A stretch of 64,000 nucleotides of DNA, from NCBI GenBank assembly GCA_964540395.1, contig CAZIME010000003.1:11800-75799 (forward strand), read 5' to 3'. The position numbers and the translations under genes were made by a program. The notes under the pieces are model-generated. The model was given only the letters and a program-made list of their open reading frames with translations. It did no database searches and was not told the origin of the DNA. Numbering within the stretch: the first letter of the stretch is position 1; the number at the start of each line of letters is the position of its first letter. Shown piece by piece: positions 18,813 to 26,421 of this stretch. Source of the DNA: an uncultured Bifidobacterium sp. (lineage in GTDB: Bacteria > Actinomycetota > Acidimicrobiia > Acidimicrobiales > Ilumatobacteraceae).

Positions 18813-18952
18813 GGCCCCAAGGGTAGGTGCCTCGTGCAGCATTTCACGAAGTCGGGCGCCCGACGTGCCGCATGCCACGCGCTGCGGGACGATACGTCTG
18901 GATGACCCGTCCACGATGCATCGCGGCGTTCCGGACGTGAAGACTGTGCGGG

Positions 18953-19723
18953 ATGAACACCGACATGACGAACGTCGTCCTTGCGACCATTGCGACGCTC
19001 GTCGCGACGCTCTTCGCTCTCGTCACCATCGACCGCTGGCGACGCCGTCGCCAGCGCCACACGAATGCATGGGCGATCGCAATGACACTGTTCGCCGTCG
19101 GTGCCGCAGCACTGTGGTGGGCAGAAGCCGACGGTTGGTCGATGCCCGTGTTTCGTGTGTTCTTTCTCGTGGGTGCCGTGCTCAACGTCGCGTGGTTGGC
19201 ACTCGGCTCGCTGTACCTGCTCATCGGCGCACGGTTCACGAATCGCATCCGGGCGTTCGTCGTGGCGGCATCCTTCTTCGCCACGGGCGTCGTTCTCACC
19301 ACCCCCGCCCGCGGCGCCGTACCCGTTGAAGGTCTGCCGCGCGCCAGGGAGTTGTTCGGAGCGCTTCCTCGACTGCTCGTTGCGATCGGGTCCGGAGTTC
19401 CGGCGCTCGTCATCATCGCCGGGGCCGCATGGTCGGTATGGCGACTCGTGCGCCGCCGGACCCCTGCGCTCGCCGCGGCACAGCGATCCGCGCCACTGTC
19501 GGCGCGCCGACTCGTCGCGAGCAACGTAATCATCATGCTCGGCACGCTCATCTTGTCGGCAAGCGGCACGCTCGCCGGCCGTCTCGGCGAGGATCGTTCC
19601 TTCGTGGTTACTCTCACCGTCGGCGTTGTCGTTCTCTTCGCGGGATTCCTCGTCGCCGGCACCCGGCGCAGTGACGGCAGCGCGCTCGCCGACGTGACGG
19701 GCGATTCCCGTCTGCACACGTAG
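18953..19723 (+). CDS. Integral membrane protein, family not recognised
   Basis: 256 aa with about 6-7 hydrophobic helices. The ORFs on the opposite strand here are Arg/Ser-rich junk. Confidence 0.6.
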   Translation: MNTDMTNVVLATIATLVATLFALVTIDRWRRRRQRHTNAWAIAMTLFAVGAAALWWAEADGWSMPVFRVFFLVGAVLNVAWLALGSLYLLIGARFTNRIRAFVVAASFFATGVVLTTPARGAVPVEGLPRARELFGALPRLLVAIGSGVPALVIIAGAAWSVWRLVRRRTPALAAAQRSAPLSARRLVASNVIIMLGTLILSASGTLAGRLGEDRSFVVTLTVGVVVLFAGFLVAGTRRSDGSALADVTGDSRLHT

Positions 19724-19904
19724 CGAATCAACCGACTTCCCGAACGACTGCCGCCGCGTCGCATCGGCTGCGTGCGTCGGGGCGTGATCGGTGGGCGGTC
19801 AGCCCATCGTCAGCGAAACGATGCCCGCGATGAAGATCGCCGCAAGGAGCAGACCGAGAGCGAGAGTCGTTGCGGGACGCACGACTCCGACTGTAGCGGC
19901 GCAA

Positions 19905-20810
19905 CTAATGGCGCCGTTCGTCGCCCGCGCGCGAGCCGAGTTGTACGGCAACGGTGACGCCGGGTGTCGCGCCGGCAGCGGCTGATCGCAGCTGCACCGA
20001 GTCGCCGGCAGCGAGACGCAGCTCGTCTGCCGCCGACCGCTGGCGCATGCAGACGGCGAGCATCCCGTACGAGTCGAGGACGAGACCGAGTCCGCCGCCG
20101 ACTCCCTCGAACGACGTTGCGCGCTGCACGGAACGCGTGACGCTCTCGCCGGTCGCCGTCGTGCACGAGAGGGAGAGCACGTCGCCCCACTCCGCGACGT
20201 CGTCGGATGACACGTTCAACTGGCAATTTCCGTAGCGATCGACCCACGTCACTTCGGCAATGAGCACGTCGCCCTCCCGGCGCGACAGAGGAAGGACACC
20301 CGGCATGAGCAACGCGGGGTCGACTGCGGGTCCGAGTTCGCGCAGCGGAACGCCGTTGCACACATGTGCGGCGACGGGCGCAAAAATGTCGCGACCGGCG
20401 AAGGTTGCGCCGGGTGCGACGAGGTGGTAATCGTCGTTCGTCAACTCGACGGCATCGTCGGCTCCACCGGCGAGGGCGACCGCCATCGACAACAGCCCGT
20501 TGTCGGGACCGATGAGGACTCCCCGCCCGGCGGCGACGGAGACGGCGATCGCACGGCGACTCGTGCCGACGCCCGGGTCAACGACGGCAAGGACGACACC
20601 TTCCGGGACGTACGTGATGCTGCGGGCGAGAGCGAGTGAACCGGCCCTCACGTCGAACGCCGGGATCTCATGGGTGAGATCGAGCACCGTCACGTGCGGG
20701 GCGATGTCGGCGATGACGCCCTTTACGACACCGACGAACTCGTCACTCACTCCGTAGTCGGAAAGAAACGACACGTGCTGATACCTCGGTGCCGGCGACG
20801 GGGAATTCAT
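19905..20810 (-). CDS. SAM hydrolase / SAM-dependent halogenase family protein (DUF62, SAM hydroxide adenosyltransferase-like)
   Basis: 301 aa. Motifs are SFLSDYGVSDEFVGVVKGVI, THEIPAFDV, VVDPGVGTSRR and GPDNGLL. Confidence 0.8.
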   Translation of the reverse strand: MNSPSPAPRYQHVSFLSDYGVSDEFVGVVKGVIADIAPHVTVLDLTHEIPAFDVRAGSLALARSITYVPEGVVLAVVDPGVGTSRRAIAVSVAAGRGVLIGPDNGLLSMAVALAGGADDAVELTNDDYHLVAPGATFAGRDIFAPVAAHVCNGVPLRELGPAVDPALLMPGVLPLSRREGDVLIAEVTWVDRYGNCQLNVSSDDVAEWGDVLSLSCTTATGESVTRSVQRATSFEGVGGGLGLVLDSYGMLAVCMRQRSAADELRLAAGDSVQLRSAAAGATPGVTVAVQLGSRAGDERRH

Positions 20811-21110
20811 CAGCGATCACAGTACCGAGCAGCCGCAGATTCGAAGGTCCTGCTGCCGCACGCAGTGCATGGTTCCCGCACATGTGAACGTGGGAGCCGA
20901 TGCCAACCCCCCGACGGCATCGACTCCCACGGCGCGGCCCTTGCGGGCGCGTCTCCCGGAGCGGAGTGACCCCCGTCCGGTGATCTGAAAACGCGTCATA
21001 CGTTAGGCACGAAATCCCGCCGGCAACACCGTTCCGCGGGGAAATTTTTTCCGCCGGTGACGATGGCATCACCGTGCGCCAACCGTGCACGGCCGTGCAG
21101 TAATCCGCGT

Positions 21111-21920
21111 CTACCGCGGCAACGTACCGAGTTCCCTGCTTCGGGCGGTGGCACGCTCAACTGCAGCAACGAAAGCATCGTGAACTCCCCGCTCCTCGAG
21201 TGCGGCGATGCCGGCCGCCGTCGTGCCGTTCGGTGAAGTGACGCGACGACGAAGTTCCGCGGGCGACTCGGGCTCGCGCTCGACGAGGGCAGCAGCGCCG
21301 GAGAGCAAACTCGCCACGAGCATCTCGGGCTGGGGCAGGTCGGCGTTTCGGGCCGCATCGAGTAGTGCCTCGGCCACGTAGAAGACATATGCCGGGCCGG
21401 ATCCGATGAGTCCGGTGAATGCATCGATGGCGGACTCGGGCAACTCGACGACCATTCCGACCGCCCCGAGTATCGTGCGCGCCCACCCAATGTCGTCGGC
21501 AGTGCAGTTGGCACTCGTCGCAATGGCCGTCGTCGACTTGCCGACGACCGCGGGTGTGTTCGGCATCGCCCGGACGATCGCGGTATCGCTACCGCAGCAT
21601 TCCTGCAGTCGGGTCAGCGTTACACCTGCGGCGATCGAGATGATGCGGCGGACTCCGCGTGCCGCAAGCGCCGTGCATGCCATGTCGACGTCGCCCGGCT
21701 TCACCGCGATGACGGCACCGCCGATCGCACCATCGTGCGCATCGATTGACGCGACGATGCGTGCCGGTGGATACGCCGTTGCAAGCTGCATCCTGCGCCC
21801 GGCGTTCGCTTCGACGAGAACGAGCGTTCGCGCATCGACTCCGGCCCGCAACAGTCCGTCGACCATGGCCGAGCCCATATTGCCGACACCAACGATCGCG
21901 AGATCGCCGAGGTGCTTCAC
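21111..21920 (-). CDS. proC: Pyrroline-5-carboxylate reductase
   Basis: Track ORF trimmed to the GTG at 21918-21920 (VKHLGDLAIVGVGNMGSAMV...). Motifs are RAMPNTPA and TSPNGTT. Confidence 0.88.
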   Translation of the reverse strand: MKHLGDLAIVGVGNMGSAMVDGLLRAGVDARTLVLVEANAGRRMQLATAYPPARIVASIDAHDGAIGGAVIAVKPGDVDMACTALAARGVRRIISIAAGVTLTRLQECCGSDTAIVRAMPNTPAVVGKSTTAIATSANCTADDIGWARTILGAVGMVVELPESAIDAFTGLIGSGPAYVFYVAEALLDAARNADLPQPEMLVASLLSGAAALVEREPESPAELRRRVTSPNGTTAAGIAALEERGVHDAFVAAVERATARSRELGTLPR

Positions 21921-21930
21921 CTCGCCGAGG

Positions 21931-22398
21931 CTACCGAGACGGCCGACGTAGCCCGGGAAACGCGAGATCAACGAGCGTGGCGAAGTGTTGCTCGATGGTC
22001 GCGTACACCGATCCGATGATGCGGTCGAGCTCCGCGTCGTCGAGCGACTCGAGCAACAGCTCACCGTACAGATGCAGTGCGTCCTCCGCACCGATGCCGA
22101 AGTGGTGCCCGACGAGACGCTCGTTGCGCCGCAAGCAGTAGCGCATCAATTCCTCGGAGTGCATCGGCGGGGTTGGAAGCACGTACGTCTCGTGGCGAAG
22201 GGTGCGCTGCCCCAGGAGGAACCACACCGTCATTGTTTCCTTCGCCTCCCCGCGCAGGCGCACGAACCAGCGGTCCGGTTCGTCGGTGGAGCGACCGGCT
22301 GCGAGAACGCTCGACCATTCACCTCGCACGCGGGCGCACCATTCGTCGATCCGCCGCTCGAGGACGGCCCGCGACGAATCGTCGAACAGGTCGGTCAT
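21931..22398 (-). CDS. YbjN-like domain protein (conserved partner of mshA)
   Basis: Trimmed to the ATG ending at 22398 (MTDLFDDSSRAVLERRIDEW...). It lies immediately downstream of mshA, as in other actinobacteria. Confidence 0.65.
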   Translation of the reverse strand: MTDLFDDSSRAVLERRIDEWCARVRGEWSSVLAAGRSTDEPDRWFVRLRGEAKETMTVWFLLGQRTLRHETYVLPTPPMHSEELMRYCLRRNERLVGHHFGIGAEDALHLYGELLLESLDDAELDRIIGSVYATIEQHFATLVDLAFPGLRRPSR

Positions 22399-22405
22399 CG
22401 CCTGT

Positions 22406-23614
22406 TCACGAGCACGTGACGGGTGTGCGTGCTGACACCTCGGCGTAGATCCTGCGGAGTCGCATCGCAGCGGAGTTCCAGGTGTAGCGCCTGCTGCGAT
22501 CGTGAGCGGCAGCACCCATGTCGCGCGCGACGGTGGGTGAATCGATGACCCGGCGCAGGGCGTGGGCGAACGAGTTCACCTCGCGGTCCGTGACGAGCAC
22601 ACCCGTCGCACCGTCGTCGACGAGAGACAAGAGTCCGCCGACAGCACTGGCGACGACCGGTCGACCGCTCGCCATCGCCTCGAGGGCGACGAGACCAAAA
22701 CTCTCGCTGCGCGACGGCACCACGACGACGTCGGCTGCACGGAAGTAGGTGGAGAGCAGGTGGTGCGGCTGCGGGTCGACGTGCCGCACGCGTGCCGACA
22801 TGCCCAGTCGCTCGACGAGTGAACGAACGGCGGTCACTTCGCGCGCACCGTCCGGACCGCTCGCACCGCCGACGACGACGAGTTGGACGTCGCTGCGGCC
22901 GAGCGCCGCAACAGCGCGGATGGCGAGGTCGACCCCCTTCAGCGGCTGGATCCGACCGACGAAGAGAACGACGGGGGAATCACCCAGACCAATCGCCGCG
23001 CGCGCACCGCGCACGTCACCCGGGGAGAAAACGGCATGTTCGACACCCGGTGCGACGACGTCGGCGGCTCCGGTCCACTGCGGGTACAACGTTCGTAGCT
23101 GATTGCGTTCTTCTGCGCACGACACGACGACCGTGTCGGAGCAACCCATCACGGCCACCTCGCCCGCATCGCGCTCGGGTGACTCACCGTCACCGAACAG
23201 CGACTTCACCCGGGCAAGCGTGTGGAACGTCGTCACCAGCGGCAGACCGAGATCGTGCTTCAGGGCGTGCCCGGAGATGCCGGACAGCCAATAATTGGCG
23301 TGGATGACGTGCGGCTCGCTGCGCAACAGATGGTGCCGAACCTCGGCAGTGAAGACATCGACGACGTTCGGCAAGTCTTCCTTTTCGACGTCGTAGTCCC
23401 CTGCTTCGACGTGGACGAGCGTGTTGTTCGGTTCGCGCACGATGACCGAGGGCAACCCCGGTTTCCACGCACGGGTGTACGTCGTCACCTCGACCCCGAG
23501 ACGGGCGAGCGCAGATGCAATCTCGCGCACGTAGACGTTCATGCCGCCGCCGTCACCGACACCGGGCTGGGCCAACGGCGAGGTGTGCATCGAAAGAAGA
23601 GCTACGCGTTGCAT
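22406..23614 (-). CDS. mshA: D-inositol-3-phosphate glycosyltransferase (mycothiol biosynthesis)
   Basis: 402 aa. The N-terminus MQRVALLSMHTSPLAQPGVGDGGGMNVYV is typical of MshA; GT4 fold. Confidence 0.88.
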   Translation of the reverse strand: MQRVALLSMHTSPLAQPGVGDGGGMNVYVREIASALARLGVEVTTYTRAWKPGLPSVIVREPNNTLVHVEAGDYDVEKEDLPNVVDVFTAEVRHHLLRSEPHVIHANYWLSGISGHALKHDLGLPLVTTFHTLARVKSLFGDGESPERDAGEVAVMGCSDTVVVSCAEERNQLRTLYPQWTGAADVVAPGVEHAVFSPGDVRGARAAIGLGDSPVVLFVGRIQPLKGVDLAIRAVAALGRSDVQLVVVGGASGPDGAREVTAVRSLVERLGMSARVRHVDPQPHHLLSTYFRAADVVVVPSRSESFGLVALEAMASGRPVVASAVGGLLSLVDDGATGVLVTDREVNSFAHALRRVIDSPTVARDMGAAAHDRSRRYTWNSAAMRLRRIYAEVSARTPVTCS

Positions 23615-23671
23615 CGTGCAACGAGCAACCTATCGGCGGACATCCCTCGCGAATCCGCCGCAGCGGGCGGA

Positions 23672-24388
23672 TCAGTCGTCGAGCAGCTCGTCGACGGCGG
23701 AATCGTGCGTCTTGTAACGCTTCACCAACTCCGCGGACAGCGCGTCGATCGCGGCGAACAACTCGCGGCGCTGACGGGACACCTCTGCCTCGAAGCTCGA
23801 CAGTTCGTCGATGCACACGGTGAGTTCGTCGTCATCGAGGCCGTGCACCGATCCGAATCCGACGCGGTCACACAGCGCATCGAGCTGTGCGACCAGTGGA
23901 TCGTCGATGCTCGGTTCGGTGTCGCGCGGCGGCCGTTGTGAGCCTCCCGCGCTTTCCGCAGCGAATACTCGCGTGATCTCACCCGACACGTCGATGTCGC
24001 CGCCCCGATTCTCCGCGCGTCGCTCTCTTTCGGCGCGCGCAATATCCAGTCGACCCTGCACCATTCGCCGCACGTACGACACCGAGTCCTCGCGCTGCTG
24101 GAGATCGTTGCGTGTCGTGCGCAAATCGGCGAGGGACAACGTGGTCGGATCGCTTCCACCCGACACCGGCGGCAGGATCGCAACTTCGTCGAGCGCACCG
24201 ACGACACAATGTTTCTCCGCAGGTTCACCGTTCACCCAAATGCGACTCATCGACAGGACGTTCTCGAACGCCGGGCCGCAGCGGCCGATCACGTGTGCGA
24301 GCACCTCGGCGACGGTTTCACCCGGAACGTCGTCGCTCGCGCGACCCGCGACGTCGCGTGCCTGGGCGAAATACAGCACGCGCGGCAT
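23672..24388 (-). CDS. Fusion protein: N-terminal MoaD/ThiS-type beta-grasp (ends ...PPVSGG at residues 77-78) joined to a C-terminal RsiG-like domain
   Basis: Single 238-codon ORF. Residues 1-78 resemble MoaD. Residues 85-238 contain EDSVSYVRRMVQGRLD, an exact E-x3-S-x2-R-x3-Q-x3-D, plus a second degenerate copy EAEVSRQRRELFAAID and the tail RYKTHDSAVDELLDD. Confidence 0.75.
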   Translation of the reverse strand: MPRVLYFAQARDVAGRASDDVPGETVAEVLAHVIGRCGPAFENVLSMSRIWVNGEPAEKHCVVGALDEVAILPPVSGGSDPTTLSLADLRTTRNDLQQREDSVSYVRRMVQGRLDIARAERERRAENRGGDIDVSGEITRVFAAESAGGSQRPPRDTEPSIDDPLVAQLDALCDRVGFGSVHGLDDDELTVCIDELSSFEAEVSRQRRELFAAIDALSAELVKRYKTHDSAVDELLDD

Positions 24389-24424
24389 GTCGCAACTGTA
24401 CCCAAGGCACTACCCTGCGTCGGC

Positions 24425-25039
24425 GTGCACGGCCAGGCTTCACCGACGATCACCCGCGTGCTCGTGCTCCGTCACGGCGAATCCGAGTGGAACGTTGCCG
24501 GTCGCTGGCAGGGTCGCGCCGACGTACCCCTCACGGAGCGTGGACGTCGACAAGCTCTGCTCGCGGCCGCGCGTCTCGATCCCGTCGACGCGATCGTCGC
24601 GAGCACGTTGCAGCGCGCGTCCAGAACTGCCGAGCTCATCGGTGCCGCACTCGGTGCGACGACTCCGGTGCTCGACGCTCGCCTTGTTGAGACCGATGTC
24701 GGCCCTTGGGAGGGTTTGACGCGCGACGATATCGACGCGCAATGGCCCGGGTACCTCGATTCGATGCGCATTCCGCAGGGATTCGAACCGACGCACTCCG
24801 TCGTCGGGCGCGTCCACGAATCGTTCGTCGACCTTGCACGCCGCCATCCCGGTTCGACTCTGCTCGTCATCAGCCATAGCGGCGTCATTCGCACCTTGCG
24901 TCGGCACCACGGAGTCGCCGATAAGCGCTTGCACAATCTCGAAGGTTGCTGGTTCGACGTCTCCGCCGAGGGAGTCCTCTCGGTCGGTTCGTTCGTGTCA
25001 CCGCTCGCCACGACGGGGGGCGCAACCGAGTCGCTCTGA
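24425..25039 (+). CDS. Histidine phosphatase (phosphoglycerate mutase-like) family protein
   Basis: Track ORF trimmed to the in-frame GTG at 24425; an alternative GTG is at 24458. It has the catalytic motif VLVLRHGESEWN and a later ISHSGVI. Confidence 0.8.
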   Translation: MHGQASPTITRVLVLRHGESEWNVAGRWQGRADVPLTERGRRQALLAAARLDPVDAIVASTLQRASRTAELIGAALGATTPVLDARLVETDVGPWEGLTRDDIDAQWPGYLDSMRIPQGFEPTHSVVGRVHESFVDLARRHPGSTLLVISHSGVIRTLRRHHGVADKRLHNLEGCWFDVSAEGVLSVGSFVSPLATTGGATESL

Positions 25040-25042
25040 GAC

Positions 25043-25090
25043 CGTGTCATTACAAGATCGTGTCATTACAAGACCGTGTGATTGCAGCGA
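25043..25090. repeat. Three tandem 16-bp units, CGTGTCATTACAAGA(T/C) twice then a degenerate CGTGTGATTGCAGCGA
   Basis: Read directly at 25043-25058, 25059-25074 and 25075-25090. Each unit contains TGT-N4-ACA. The region is locally AT-rich and intergenic, upstream of the MFS gene. Confidence 0.85.
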
Positions 25091-26368
25091 GCGAGCGCCG
25101 GATCATGCACGACCGCACCATCGGCAAATGGATCAACCGCAGTAGCGTCGTGCGTCGTGCCACGACGAATCATCGATGCGTCGTACGCACCAATCGTTCG
25201 CGAAAGCATTGCACCGCTCACGACGAGCAGGCTCACTGCGAATGCGGCCTACCGCTTCGCCCCGCCGTTCATCGCGATCATTGCCGCGGGAAGTGCCGGA
25301 TTCGACGTGTCGGTCGTCGACGTCGGAATCGCCATCTCCGTGTCGGAACTCACCGGGTTCCTTGCACCGGCACTCGGCTCGCTCGTCGATCGCGTATCAC
25401 GTCGCGTCGCGATGGCACTCGGCCTCCTCGGCTGCATCACGGGCACATTTGTCGTCGCCGCCAGCCCGAACGTCGCAGTATTCGCGGTGGGGCTCACGAT
25501 GATCAATCTCCTGAAGTCGCTGTACGACCTCGGTATGGCGGCGTGGATCGCCGACCACGTCGAATACGAGAAGCGCGGCCGGATCGTCGGAATCACCGAA
25601 ACATCGTGGGCACTGGGTTTGCTCGTCGGTGTGTCGGCAATGGGTATCGTCACGGCGCTGTCATCGTGGCGCTGGGGGTACGTCGCAGGCGCGGTCGCCG
25701 TCGCCGTGACCGGCGTCTGGCTCGACTCCAGGTTGCGCCACGACACCGTCGCCACGGTGCGTCGTGGTCGTACCCGGGGCGACACCCCGTCGCACGATTC
25801 GAAGATGCGCGGACGCTCGTGGTTCGTACCACTGTCGATGTTCGGGCTGATGGGTGCGAGTCAGTGCATATTCGTCACGTTCGGGGCCTGGCTAGCTGAC
25901 GATTTCGGTGTCGGTGCGTTCGGTCTTGCGGCGATCGGTTTCGTGCTCGGCGCGGTCGAGCTCGCATCATCGTTGACGAGTGCGCGCAAAACCGATGCGT
26001 GGGGCAAGGAACGCAGCGTGCTCATGGGATCCGTGATCATGATTCCAACCGCACTCGCGCTCGCGCTCACCTCCGAATTCATGTACCCGGGTCTGCTCGC
26101 CATCGCTCTGCTCATTCTCGGATTCGAGTTCGCCGTCGTCAGCATGCTGCCGCTCGCGACGCATCTCGTCCCGAGCTCACCGGGCAAGGGATTCGGAATC
26201 GTCATCGGCGCGGGGACGTTCGGACGCGGAGTGATGTCCCTCGTCGCGACGGCGGCATACGAGTACTCGGGCATCGCCGCCGCGGCAATAGCCTCGATTG
26301 TCTGTGCGGTGCTCGCCGGCGCGGCTATCGCCGCGTACGGACGTACGGGCGTCGGGCATCGCCACTGA
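25082..26368 (+). CDS. MFS transporter
   Basis: 428 aa track ORF with about 12 hydrophobic helices. The start is uncertain because the ATG at 25082 lies inside the tandem repeat; an in-frame GTG at 25157 is an alternative. Confidence 0.75.
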   Translation: MQRASAGSCTTAPSANGSTAVASCVVPRRIIDASYAPIVRESIAPLTTSRLTANAAYRFAPPFIAIIAAGSAGFDVSVVDVGIAISVSELTGFLAPALGSLVDRVSRRVAMALGLLGCITGTFVVAASPNVAVFAVGLTMINLLKSLYDLGMAAWIADHVEYEKRGRIVGITETSWALGLLVGVSAMGIVTALSSWRWGYVAGAVAVAVTGVWLDSRLRHDTVATVRRGRTRGDTPSHDSKMRGRSWFVPLSMFGLMGASQCIFVTFGAWLADDFGVGAFGLAAIGFVLGAVELASSLTSARKTDAWGKERSVLMGSVIMIPTALALALTSEFMYPGLLAIALLILGFEFAVVSMLPLATHLVPSSPGKGFGIVIGAGTFGRGVMSLVATAAYEYSGIAAAAIASIVCAVLAGAAIAAYGRTGVGHRH

Positions 26369-26421
26369 GGTTGTTGGCTGCAGACGGGAACCGGTCGCGA
26401 TAACCAGGGGCTCGGTGCGGT

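Noticed and set aside
18701-19764. Two overlapping minus-strand ORFs of 338 and 306 aa.
   Set aside because: Both are Arg/Ser/Glu-rich with no hydrophobic core. The plus-strand ORF 18953..19723 gives a coherent multi-TM protein, so I preferred it.
20817-20999. 60-aa ORF inside the long DUF62 upstream gap.
   Set aside because: It is Arg/Gly-rich, has no ribosome-binding site I could see, and overlaps the strong hairpin. The region is more likely non-coding leader.
21015-21060. Hairpin CCCGC...GCGGG flanked by an A/T tract (GAAATTTTTT), a possible bidirectional terminator after proC.
   Set aside because: The stem is only 5 bp with a 15-nt loop. On the proC (minus) strand the T-tract precedes rather than follows the stem. 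This is too weak to call.
20811-21110. Possible SAM-type riboswitch upstream of the SAM hydrolase gene.
   Set aside because: I could not align the region to SAM-I, SAM-IV or SAH consensus cores from memory. The only SAM-IV-like fragment (GCCGGCAAC at about 21019-21027) is on the wrong strand. I report the region only as an unclassified structured leader.
25082-25084. The ATG used by the ORF track as the MFS start.
   Set aside because: It lies inside the third tandem repeat unit, and the first 25 or so residues are not MFS-like. I kept the coordinates but flagged them, and a downstream GTG (25157) is at least as likely.
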